Assembly: GCA_902510815.1 (NCBI GenBank)
Contig: CABXDI010000002.1
Coordinates: 37,344-101,343 of the forward strand
Source: an uncultured Verrucomicrobiota bacterium
GTDB taxonomy: Bacteria > Verrucomicrobiota > Verrucomicrobiia > Verrucomicrobiales > DEV007
Reading direction: 5' to 3'
Length of the DNA stretch: 64,000 nt
Below the pieces are notes generated by a model, which saw nothing but the letters and a program-made list of their open reading frames with translations, ran no database searches and was not told the DNA's origin. Both the position numbers and the translations under genes were made by a program. Shown here piece after piece: positions 19,205-26,798 of the stretch (position 1 is the first letter of the stretch; the number at the start of each line of letters is the position of its first letter).

Positions 19205-20722
19205 TTAAGCCTCAACTGTTACAGGAGCTGCAGTTAAAGTTGATGTTTGAGCGTATGCTGGAGCTCCATGCTCCTCGACATCGAGACCCTTTGCTTCAGT
19301 TTCTTCATCGACTCGGATACCCATAGTACCTTTGAGAATAGTGAAGACGATAGCTGAGAAAGCAAATGCAGTACCTGCTACAAGTAAGCTACCAACAACC
19401 TGCGTTAAAAGACTTGCACCTACATTTCCAAAAATTGCTACTGCCCAAGTTCCCCAGAGCCCACAAACACCGTGAACAGATATAGCTCCGACAGGGTCAT
19501 CAATCTTGGCCTTATCAAGTCCAACTATTGAGAAAACAACAATAACACCTGCGATTAAGCCAACCAATATTGCAGATGGAATACTCATAGCATCTGCTCC
19601 AGCTGTGATACCAACTAGTCCAGCCAAAATTCCATTGAGCGCCATTGAAAGGTCTGGCTTTTTCAAAAATAACCAAGAAATGATAATTGCGCCTAGTGCA
19701 CCACCTGCAGCAGCAAGGGCAGTGGTAACAAAAACAAATGAGACTCCATTAGCATCTGCGTTCAAAACAGATCCACCATTGAATCCAAACCATCCGAGCC
19801 AGAGTAAGAAAACACCTATTGTGGCTAATGGCATATTACTTCCTAAAATAGGTTTGATGCTACCATCTTTAGAATATTTACCAGCGCGAGGCCCAAGAAT
19901 AATAACGCATGCGAGTGCCGCAAAACCTCCAAATGCATGAACAACAGTTGATCCTGCAAAGTCATAGAAGGTTGCTCCTAGAAAGTCTGAGAGAAATCCT
20001 ACACCCCAGTGCCATGAACCAACTACCGGATACAAGAATCCAACTAATAATACAGCGTAAATCATAAAGCTAGTTAGCTTGATTCTCTCAGCTACAGCAC
20101 CAGAAACGATCGTTGCTGCAGTAGCGGCAAACATTGCTTGGAAGATAAAATCAGTCCACCAAGTGTAGCCAGCATATAATTCAGTTTGATTAGCAATCAT
20201 AGTTCCCTCTGCGACACCAGCCATACCTCCCCACTTAAATATTCCAAGAGAACCTTCTTCAAACCCTGGATAATGTGTATTAAATCCGAAAAAGTAGTAG
20301 GTCAACAATCCTGCAGCAATAATGAAAACGTTCTTAAATAAAATATTTACTGTGTTTTTTGATTGCGTAAGTCCTGATTCCAAGGTGGCAAATCCCAGGT
20401 GCATCGCAAAAACAAGAAAGGCCGAAATTAACAGCCAAAGATTATTCACAAGAAATGTACCATAACCTGAAGTAGATGGATAAACGTCAGATACAAATGC
20501 TTTGTCTGCCGCGGGATCTAATACTTCTTCAGCTTCGATCAGTGATTGTGCTTCTGCAAAGAGTGCATCTGCATCACCTGCGAATTCACCTCCTTCGGCT
20601 ACAGTCTTTACATAAGCATCCCACAGGGGTGTTTCTGCGGAGGCAACCACGCCAAGCATGAGTGCTAGAAAAGCTGAAACACCTAAGTACTTCAACATGT
20701 TATTTACTATCTTTGTTTTCAT
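19205..20722 (-). CDS. amt: Ammonium transporter (Amt family) with signal peptide and long acidic N-terminal extension
   Basis: 11-TM Amt core (FVFAMHLGFATLESG, AGSTVVH, ISVHGVCGLWG). About 60 extra acidic residues sit between the signal peptide and TM1. Confidence 0.93.
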   Translation of the reverse strand: MKTKIVNNMLKYLGVSAFLALMLGVVASAETPLWDAYVKTVAEGGEFAGDADALFAEAQSLIEAEEVLDPAADKAFVSDVYPSTSGYGTFLVNNLWLLISAFLVFAMHLGFATLESGLTQSKNTVNILFKNVFIIAAGLLTYYFFGFNTHYPGFEEGSLGIFKWGGMAGVAEGTMIANQTELYAGYTWWTDFIFQAMFAATAATIVSGAVAERIKLTSFMIYAVLLVGFLYPVVGSWHWGVGFLSDFLGATFYDFAGSTVVHAFGGFAALACVIILGPRAGKYSKDGSIKPILGSNMPLATIGVFLLWLGWFGFNGGSVLNADANGVSFVFVTTALAAAGGALGAIIISWLFLKKPDLSMALNGILAGLVGITAGADAMSIPSAILVGLIAGVIVVFSIVGLDKAKIDDPVGAISVHGVCGLWGTWAVAIFGNVGASLLTQVVGSLLVAGTAFAFSAIVFTILKGTMGIRVDEETEAKGLDVEEHGAPAYAQTSTLTAAPVTVEA

Positions 20723-20825
20723 ATCTTTTATTATTTGTTAGTAGGTTCGATTAAAAAGACGATTTTATTTATTGTTTGATTTAGTTATTTAATTAAAGGG
20801 GAAATTGCCCTGCATATTTTATATA

Positions 20826-20841
20826 AGCAGAGGCCGTGCCA
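20826..20841 (-). promoter_or_regulatory. sigma54 (-24/-12) promoter upstream of amt
   Basis: Minus-sense TGGCACGgcctCTGCT versus consensus TGGCACG-N4-TTGCW. The GG and GC dinucleotides have exact spacing. Lies about 105 nt upstream of the amt ATG. Confidence 0.6.
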
Positions 20842-20962
20842 ACTTTGAAAAAATGAATTTTATTTTTATTAAATTACCTCCTTCAACATTTGATTAGGTA
20901 AAATGAATGCAGCTTTTGCTTAGACTCGAAAACTATATTTTTTTAAATCTATAAATGAATTA

Positions 20963-20990
20963 GCCCCGAACCAATAACTTGGAACGGGGC
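20963..20990 (-). terminator. Probable terminator of the porin gene
   Basis: GCCCCG..CCAA-gtta-TTGG..CGGGGC hairpin about 100 nt past the stop, followed by AU-rich sequence without a clean U-run. Confidence 0.45.
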
Positions 20991-21093
20991 CAATTAACCA
21001 ACAAAAATTGTATTAAATATATGATTAAAAACTTATAAAATTTGAATTAGGGTTTGAATTAATATTTATAATTTTGTCACAATTCAATGTGAA

Positions 21094-21807
21094 TTAGAAC
21101 CCAACTGTAAGAGACAGTCCGCTGAAAATGTCGTCTCCGTCATCTTCATAATCGTCAAGAGGTATATTAACACCAACATAAGGTGAAAGTGATGCAGTAT
21201 CCGTCAACGTGATAGGTATCCCGATAGTAAAGGTTAATGCAGTTAAAGAATCGCCATCAGCATCGCCAATTACTCCACCAACGTCTACTGACATTGTGTC
21301 AGTAAGGTCAAAAGAAGTTGAAGCACCGACTTCATAGTAAGCAGCCTCTAAATCTATATCATAATAAATGCCAAAGCTAAGATCAATGGGACCTGCACTA
21401 ATACCAAATCCTAAACCAAATTCAAGTGTTCCATCAGCGGCATCTGAATCCGGATAATAGTAATAGGTCGCCCCAAGGTCGACAGACATTTCACCCATTG
21501 AAGTGGAAAGGCCAGCGTAAATATCTAGCTCATCATTACCAGCATCGTCGGCAACATTGGCGTACCAAGCCCCAATACCTAGATCTAGGCCATCTGATAA
21601 AGTTGTAGACACATTTACATCACTCCATAAGAGATCTTGCCCTAAGTTAGCACCCCTAAACATGTAATCGGTATCGTAACCTACACTGACTTCTGCACCA
21701 ATTGGTTCCGCAGCAACTTTTTCCCCTGCAAAAGCAGGAACTAAAGCCAAAACGGCAGTGCACCCAAGAATTTTAGCTGTATTTTTAGCAATCTGACGGA
21801 TTTTCAT
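21094..21807 (-). CDS. Outer-membrane beta-barrel, TorF/Gcw_chp-type putative porin
   Basis: Signal peptide, alternating beta-strand pattern, YMFRG and ELDIY blocks, C-terminal Phe. Confidence 0.6.
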   Translation of the reverse strand: MKIRQIAKNTAKILGCTAVLALVPAFAGEKVAAEPIGAEVSVGYDTDYMFRGANLGQDLLWSDVNVSTTLSDGLDLGIGAWYANVADDAGNDELDIYAGLSTSMGEMSVDLGATYYYYPDSDAADGTLEFGLGFGISAGPIDLSFGIYYDIDLEAAYYEVGASTSFDLTDTMSVDVGGVIGDADGDSLTALTFTIGIPITLTDTASLSPYVGVNIPLDDYEDDGDDIFSGLSLTVGF

Positions 21808-21897
21808 ATAATAGTTTTTTTAGTTCATAGTTATTTCAAGTATCTGCTTTACGATTGGTTAGGCAGGGTTTGTTTTATGTATTACAAAAGGCTAATT

Positions 21898-21913
21898 AGC
21901 ACCTTTTGTGCCA
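21898..21913 (-). promoter_or_regulatory. sigma54 (-24/-12) promoter upstream of the porin gene
   Basis: Minus-sense TGGCACAaaagGTGCT with exact GG/GC spacing, about 90 nt upstream of the ATG. Confidence 0.6.
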
Positions 21914-21946
21914 AGATATAAAAAATTAAAAAACTTAAGTTTTTTA

Positions 21947-22876
21947 TTAAGCTCTCGGATGAGCTTTCTTATATGTCTTCTTAATCCTTTCAACGCTAAC
22001 GTGCGTATAGATTTGAGTCGTAGAAAGACTCGCATGCCCAAGCAAATTTTGAACGCTCCTTAAGTCTGCTCCATTATCAAGTAAGTGTGTGGCAAAGCTA
22101 TGCCTTAATTTATGGGGACTAACTCCAATAGGAAGATCTGCAAGCTGAGTGTATTTTTTTACTATATCTGAAACAGCCCGTGCGGATATTCCTTTCCTCG
22201 ATTTACTTATGAAAAGTGGTCCTTCTTGAATTTTTGCCTGATGAAAATATTTATTAAGCGCCCCTAGAGCGTGAGTCCCGACAGGTGCTATTCTTTCCTT
22301 TGAGCCTTTTCCTTTAACTTTAATAGTTTCATTAAAAAAATCAAAGTCACTAAATTTAAGTGTTGCTAGTTCAGATAATCTTAATCCCGTGCTGTAGAAT
22401 ACCTCTAATATTGCTGCATCACGAGAAGCGGCCCACTTAGGTGCCTGCTTAGGCTGTTTGACATTAAATGGTAAACCCAAAAGATGTTCTACCTGTTTGA
22501 TTGTAAGAACCAAGGGAAGGGATCTATTTTTTTTGGGAAGTTGAATATCTAGCAATGGATTTAACTTTAAGCCTCGCCGACGAGTCAAATAACGAAAGAA
22601 ACTTCTCAATGCCGAAAAATGTAGTCTTATCGTAGAACGCGACAGCTCCCTCTTCATGCATTCATATAAATATTTACGAAAATCCTCTGCCTCACAGTTA
22701 AACCATGCTTCAAATTTATCAGACCTTGCCTTATATTCACGCAACGAATGATTATAATTTCTTAAAGTTCTTGGAGAAACATTTCTCTCAACTTCGAGAA
22801 AGTTAAGGAAATCATCTACAAGCTGGTCTTCAGCTTTACTCTGATCTGTTTCATCGCTTTTCTGATTTGAGAGCAT
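21947..22876 (-). CDS. Tyrosine recombinase XerC/XerD
   Basis: ARDAAILEVFYSTGLRLSEL, HKLRHSFATHLL, LLGHASLSTTQIYTHV catalytic blocks. ATG 22876 gives a typical ~309-aa protein. The longer tracked ORF would overlap hisF. Confidence 0.88.
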   Translation of the reverse strand: MLSNQKSDETDQSKAEDQLVDDFLNFLEVERNVSPRTLRNYNHSLREYKARSDKFEAWFNCEAEDFRKYLYECMKRELSRSTIRLHFSALRSFFRYLTRRRGLKLNPLLDIQLPKKNRSLPLVLTIKQVEHLLGLPFNVKQPKQAPKWAASRDAAILEVFYSTGLRLSELATLKFSDFDFFNETIKVKGKGSKERIAPVGTHALGALNKYFHQAKIQEGPLFISKSRKGISARAVSDIVKKYTQLADLPIGVSPHKLRHSFATHLLDNGADLRSVQNLLGHASLSTTQIYTHVSVERIKKTYKKAHPRA

Positions 22877-22973
22877 GAATACATATATTTTATCATACTT
22901 TAGGCAAAGAGCCAGATAAGCAATCAAGCTCCTCAATGACTTGACGTTGAGCCAACGCGAGGAATGTTGCTGT

Positions 22974-23762
22974 GTGTCAAATTCAGGATTAACAAAGCGA
23001 ATTATACCATGCCTTGACGTAACGAACGGACGCGTTGTGAAAGGCACAAAGTTTTTAGAACTTCGTGATGCGGGAGATCCTGTTGAATGCGCTATCGCTT
23101 ATGACGCACAGGGAGCAGACGAACTTGTTTTTCTAGATATTACAGCTTCTTCTGATGAAAGAAAAACAATGGTCGATGTCGTTGAAAGGACTGCTGAACA
23201 ATGTTTCATGCCTCTTACTGTAGGAGGAGGCATTCGTAAAGTAGATGACATGAGGGTGATGCTACGCGCAGGTGCTGATAAGGTGGGTATTAACACTGCA
23301 GCGGTTAAGAATCCAAAAATTATTTCTGAAGGAGCTTCCGCTTTTGGATCACAATGTATTGTTGTTGCAATAGATGCTAAAAGAAATCCTGAAACTAAAT
23401 CTTGGCAGGTCTATACGCACGGTGGCCGAACCCCAATAAATCTAGATGCTATTGATTGGGCTAAAAAAGTTGAAGCGCTTGGTGCTGGAGAAATCCTTTT
23501 AACTAGTATGGATGCTGACGGAACGAAAGACGGTTATGACATCGAATTAAATGCTAAAGTTAGTCAATCTTTAAACATTCCTGTGATAGCTAGTGGAGGT
23601 GCAGGTAAACTTGAGCATATGGCTGAAGTATTAAATAAAGGTAAAGCTGACGCTGTACTTGCAGCTAGTATTTTTCATTTTGGCGAATACACCGTATCAG
23701 ATGTTAAAGATTACTTGGCAAGAGAGGGGCTGCCAGTTCGTCGCACATTCGAAAAAATGTGA
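22974..23762 (+). CDS. hisF: Imidazole glycerol phosphate synthase cyclase subunit
   Basis: (M)[15 protein letters not shown]..., [17 protein letters not shown] blocks. The GTG at 22974 fits the conserved N-terminus better than TTG 22941. Confidence 0.93.
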   Translation: MSNSGLTKRIIPCLDVTNGRVVKGTKFLELRDAGDPVECAIAYDAQGADELVFLDITASSDERKTMVDVVERTAEQCFMPLTVGGGIRKVDDMRVMLRAGADKVGINTAAVKNPKIISEGASAFGSQCIVVAIDAKRNPETKSWQVYTHGGRTPINLDAIDWAKKVEALGAGEILLTSMDADGTKDGYDIELNAKVSQSLNIPVIASGGAGKLEHMAEVLNKGKADAVLAASIFHFGEYTVSDVKDYLAREGLPVRRTFEKM

Positions 23763-25204
23763 ATTGTAAACACTAATATTAAATTCAATCCAAGCCCCCA
23801 TAATCCAGCATGAACACCAAGAGGTTTACTGTTAGGTGTCATTGTTAAATAGACAGCTAAAATAGTTCCAAAAAGCGCGCCAATGAAAAATGGTATAGCT
23901 CCAATTTTTCTGATTTGTGTGCCCAACATAACAGCAGGAGCAATTTGAGCTAAAACTTCAAGCTTGATTTCTAATAGCCTCCAAATGGTCTTGTCTTGCA
24001 ATTTGATCGTTAGCAATACTACACACAACATAACTATGATGGACGTCATTTTTCCAACTCTTGTTAGAGTTTTGCTATTAGAATTTGGATATTTGGTTCG
24101 ATAAAAGTCGTTAGTAACCATTGATGAAATTGCTAACAAAGCAGAATCTATAGTAGACATAGTTGCAGCAATAACTGCCGCAACAAGTAATGGTCCCATT
24201 ATGGCAAGAGCAGGTAGTTCGTTCATTAATTTACCCAGCATCAATAATGTAGTTCTATCTGATTCAACGCGCTCTAAACTGGGAAAAATAGAAATTGCCA
24301 TAATGCCAAGTAGCACTAAAAAAAATGTAGTAAACAAAGGCATGAATGACATTACTTGAAGTGATCGCCGTAAAGTTTTCTCATCCTTCGCAGCATAGAT
24401 ACGTTGAATGGCATGAGGGTACATCGAGATACCAAAGAAAAATAATAAGACCGAGCTTAACCAAGTAATTTTTTGCTTAATGCTAGGCGGATCCCAAATA
24501 TCTGGCCTAACAGATTCAAGGCTCTCTGCAACTCCACCCGGACCACCAAGATGAAAAAATAATGCGAAAGCAATGAACCCAAGGCTTATTAATAATATAA
24601 CTCCTTGTGTCACATCAGTCCAAGCAACACTTCGCATACCTCCCATAGTTTCATAAACAAGCATCACTACTGCAAGAGCAACTACCGCATAGTTAAAATC
24701 TATTCGGTTCCCACTGACAATCTCAGCTAATTTTCCGAGAGCAAGCAAATTGGTAAGTACATAATTACCTAAACCAAAAATTCCAATTAACACAAGAAGA
24801 ATGGTTAAGGGCCTAAATGAAAATCTGTCTTGGACATAATCACCAAGGGTTACGTATTTCTTTCTTCTCGAAAGACGGTATAGGCGAGGAGCATAAATAA
24901 AATAACCACCTATAACAGCCATCATCGCCACAACAGTATAAAGAACCGGAAATCCCCCACGGTATGCTTTACCTACAAATCCCATAAAACTGTTACCACT
25001 ATACTGAGTTGCATACAGAGTAAGGAAAAGAACGCTAAAACCAAATGCTCGACCTCCTAAATAGTGATCTTCAAGAGAGTCTTCTTTTTTTGCCCTATGT
25101 CCAAGCCAACCAATAACAATTAAGGTCAATATGTATAGACCAATGAATGCAAGGCCCCCATTCCCTAAAGCGTATCCATTGGAACTATTTGCTAAAATCA
25201 TCAT
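23711..25204 (-). CDS. Sodium:solute symporter (SSS/SLC5) family transporter
   Basis: About 13 TM segments and SSS-type blocks ([14 protein letters not shown]). ATG 25204 overlaps the upstream small gene by 20 nt. The 3' end overlaps hisF convergently. Confidence 0.85.
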   Translation of the reverse strand: MMILANSSNGYALGNGGLAFIGLYILTLIVIGWLGHRAKKEDSLEDHYLGGRAFGFSVLFLTLYATQYSGNSFMGFVGKAYRGGFPVLYTVVAMMAVIGGYFIYAPRLYRLSRRKKYVTLGDYVQDRFSFRPLTILLVLIGIFGLGNYVLTNLLALGKLAEIVSGNRIDFNYAVVALAVVMLVYETMGGMRSVAWTDVTQGVILLISLGFIAFALFFHLGGPGGVAESLESVRPDIWDPPSIKQKITWLSSVLLFFFGISMYPHAIQRIYAAKDEKTLRRSLQVMSFMPLFTTFFLVLLGIMAISIFPSLERVESDRTTLLMLGKLMNELPALAIMGPLLVAAVIAATMSTIDSALLAISSMVTNDFYRTKYPNSNSKTLTRVGKMTSIIVMLCVVLLTIKLQDKTIWRLLEIKLEVLAQIAPAVMLGTQIRKIGAIPFFIGALFGTILAVYLTMTPNSKPLGVHAGLWGLGLNLILVFTIHIFSNVRRTGSPSLAK

Positions 25205-25403
25205 CACTTTCACCAGAGGAAATATCCCAGAAAAATCCAATAAGGATCGTCATAAGAATCGCGAAAGATGCAGCTCCAATCAATGAATATATTACCCAAT
25301 CAGGCATTCCAAATAACCTATTTTCATTATTTTTAACAAAAAACCACGGTACTGAAATCACCAAAAAAGCAATAGGTAGTAATAAACAAAATACGGTTTT
25401 CAT
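25185..25403 (-). CDS. Small two-TM protein, DUF3311-like SSS-transporter companion
   Basis: 72 aa with two TM helices, immediately upstream of and overlapping an SSS transporter, as is usual for this family. Confidence 0.6.
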   Translation of the reverse strand: MKTVFCLLLPIAFLVISVPWFFVKNNENRLFGMPDWVIYSLIGAASFAILMTILIGFFWDISSGESDDDFSK

Positions 25404-25433
25404 TAGTGTCTTCTCAGTAAATCATTTCTGTGA

Positions 25434-26684
25434 TCATGAAACAACAACATTAATTGCTTCGTCTATAGCATCTAATGAATGATGAATTTGTTCCTCATCA
25501 ATAGCTAATGGAGGCATGAAAACAATAACATTCCCAATTGACCTAGTTAATAATCCATAAGCTCTAGCAGCATAACAAACCTCTGAACCTATATTTTCGC
25601 ATTCTTGTGAAATCTCAATTCCAGAAATTAAACCGCATTGCCTGACATCAGAAATTGCATGATTTTTTATTTTTAGATTTTTTAAACCAACTTTAAGGCA
25701 CTCTATTTTTTTTCCCATTTTATTGAGAACCCTATCTTCTTCGAAAATTCTTAAACTTGCCAAAGCCGCTGCACTGCCAAGTGGATTACCTGAATAACTA
25801 TGACCATAATAAAAAGTATTCTCTTTGCTTTCGAGGAAAGCTTTAAAAATTGATTCTGTAGTCATAGTGACAGCTAAAGGTAAGTAGCCTCCAGATAAAC
25901 CTTTAGCTAGACACATAAGATCAGGAGTTACGCCCTCATGCTCACAAGCAAACATTTTTCCTGTTCTACCAAAGCCAGTCATCACTTCATCCAAAACGAG
26001 TAACACATTATTTAAATCACACCACTGACGAATCTCCTGTAACATTCCATCAGGCCACAATCGAATTCCTGCTGCTCCCTGAACTTTAGGTTCAATTACC
26101 ACTGCAGCAATTTCTTTTGCATCAACAGCCTTTAACTCATCAATACAACTCAATCGTACAGTTGGAAAAATGAAATCGTTAAATCTAGAAAAAAATCTAT
26201 CAATACCGCCAATCGATGAGGCTCCAAAAGTATCACCATGATAAGCATTATCAAAAGCAACGAAACGTTTCTTCTGAGGCTGACCAATAATTTGGAAATA
26301 TTGTATTGCTACTTTCATAGCACATTCGATAGCAGTCGATCCATCATCACTATAGAAAACTCTCTGTAATATTCTATTAGGAAACATATTAACAAGCATC
26401 TCTGCGAGTAATATTGCCGGCTGGTTTGTTGTCCCTAAAAATGAGGCATGAGCTATTTTGTTCAATTGCTCAATAATAGCTTGATTAATCCGCCGATCAT
26501 TGTGCCCATGCAAATTCGTCCATATGGAAGAATTTCCATCAATATATTTTCTACCAGATTTATCAAAAACGTAAACTCCCTCACCTTTATCAATTACCAA
26601 AGGATCATGATGATCAGCACACCAGTCTGACATCTCAGTAAAAGGATGCCAGATATATGCCTTGTCTTTGTCAGATAGATTCAC
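25434..26684 (-). CDS. bioA: Adenosylmethionine-8-amino-7-oxononanoate aminotransferase
   Basis: IWHPFT..., class-III aminotransferase blocks, DEVMTGFGRTG. GTG start. Confidence 0.88.
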   Translation of the reverse strand: MNLSDKDKAYIWHPFTEMSDWCADHHDPLVIDKGEGVYVFDKSGRKYIDGNSSIWTNLHGHNDRRINQAIIEQLNKIAHASFLGTTNQPAILLAEMLVNMFPNRILQRVFYSDDGSTAIECAMKVAIQYFQIIGQPQKKRFVAFDNAYHGDTFGASSIGGIDRFFSRFNDFIFPTVRLSCIDELKAVDAKEIAAVVIEPKVQGAAGIRLWPDGMLQEIRQWCDLNNVLLVLDEVMTGFGRTGKMFACEHEGVTPDLMCLAKGLSGGYLPLAVTMTTESIFKAFLESKENTFYYGHSYSGNPLGSAAALASLRIFEEDRVLNKMGKKIECLKVGLKNLKIKNHAISDVRQCGLISGIEISQECENIGSEVCYAARAYGLLTRSIGNVIVFMPPLAIDEEQIHHSLDAIDEAINVVVS

Positions 26685-26740
26685 TTTAAAAAGCCTTGAT
26701 CAATATTAAAAATATAGAAAATGACGTTTCAGGTGTAAAC

Positions 26741-26777
26741 AAAAAGCTGGGCTTCCACCTGAAAGTGAAAGCCCAGC
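26741..26777 (-). terminator. Intrinsic terminator of rpoC
   Basis: Minus-sense GCTGGGCTT-(14-nt loop)-AAGCCCAGC followed by TTTTT, 22 nt past the rpoC stop. Confidence 0.8.
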
Positions 26778-26798
26778 AAAGTTATGATAAACAAAATT

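Noticed and set aside
19506-19940. 144-aa ORF antisense to amt (also 16115-16519 antisense to mazG and 14608-14960 antisense to yebC)
   Set aside because: They are embedded in well-supported genes on the other strand, and no family features were seen.
21947-22876. Tyrosine recombinase as a marker of an integrated mobile element
   Set aside because: The sequence looks like housekeeping XerC/XerD. No flanking direct repeats, adjacent tRNA, phage genes or cargo genes were seen, and the neighbours are core genes.
22877-23047. N-terminal 57-aa extension of the XerC/D ORF, overlapping hisF
   Set aside because: The extension has no recombinase homology and would overlap the divergent hisF start. 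ATG 22876 yields a normal-length recombinase.
26727-26745. TGTAAAC upstream of bioA resembling a BirA operator half-site
   Set aside because: No inverted partner (GTTTACA) was found at the 14-16-bp spacing expected for a BirA operator. Only an adjacent imperfect GTTTCA is present.
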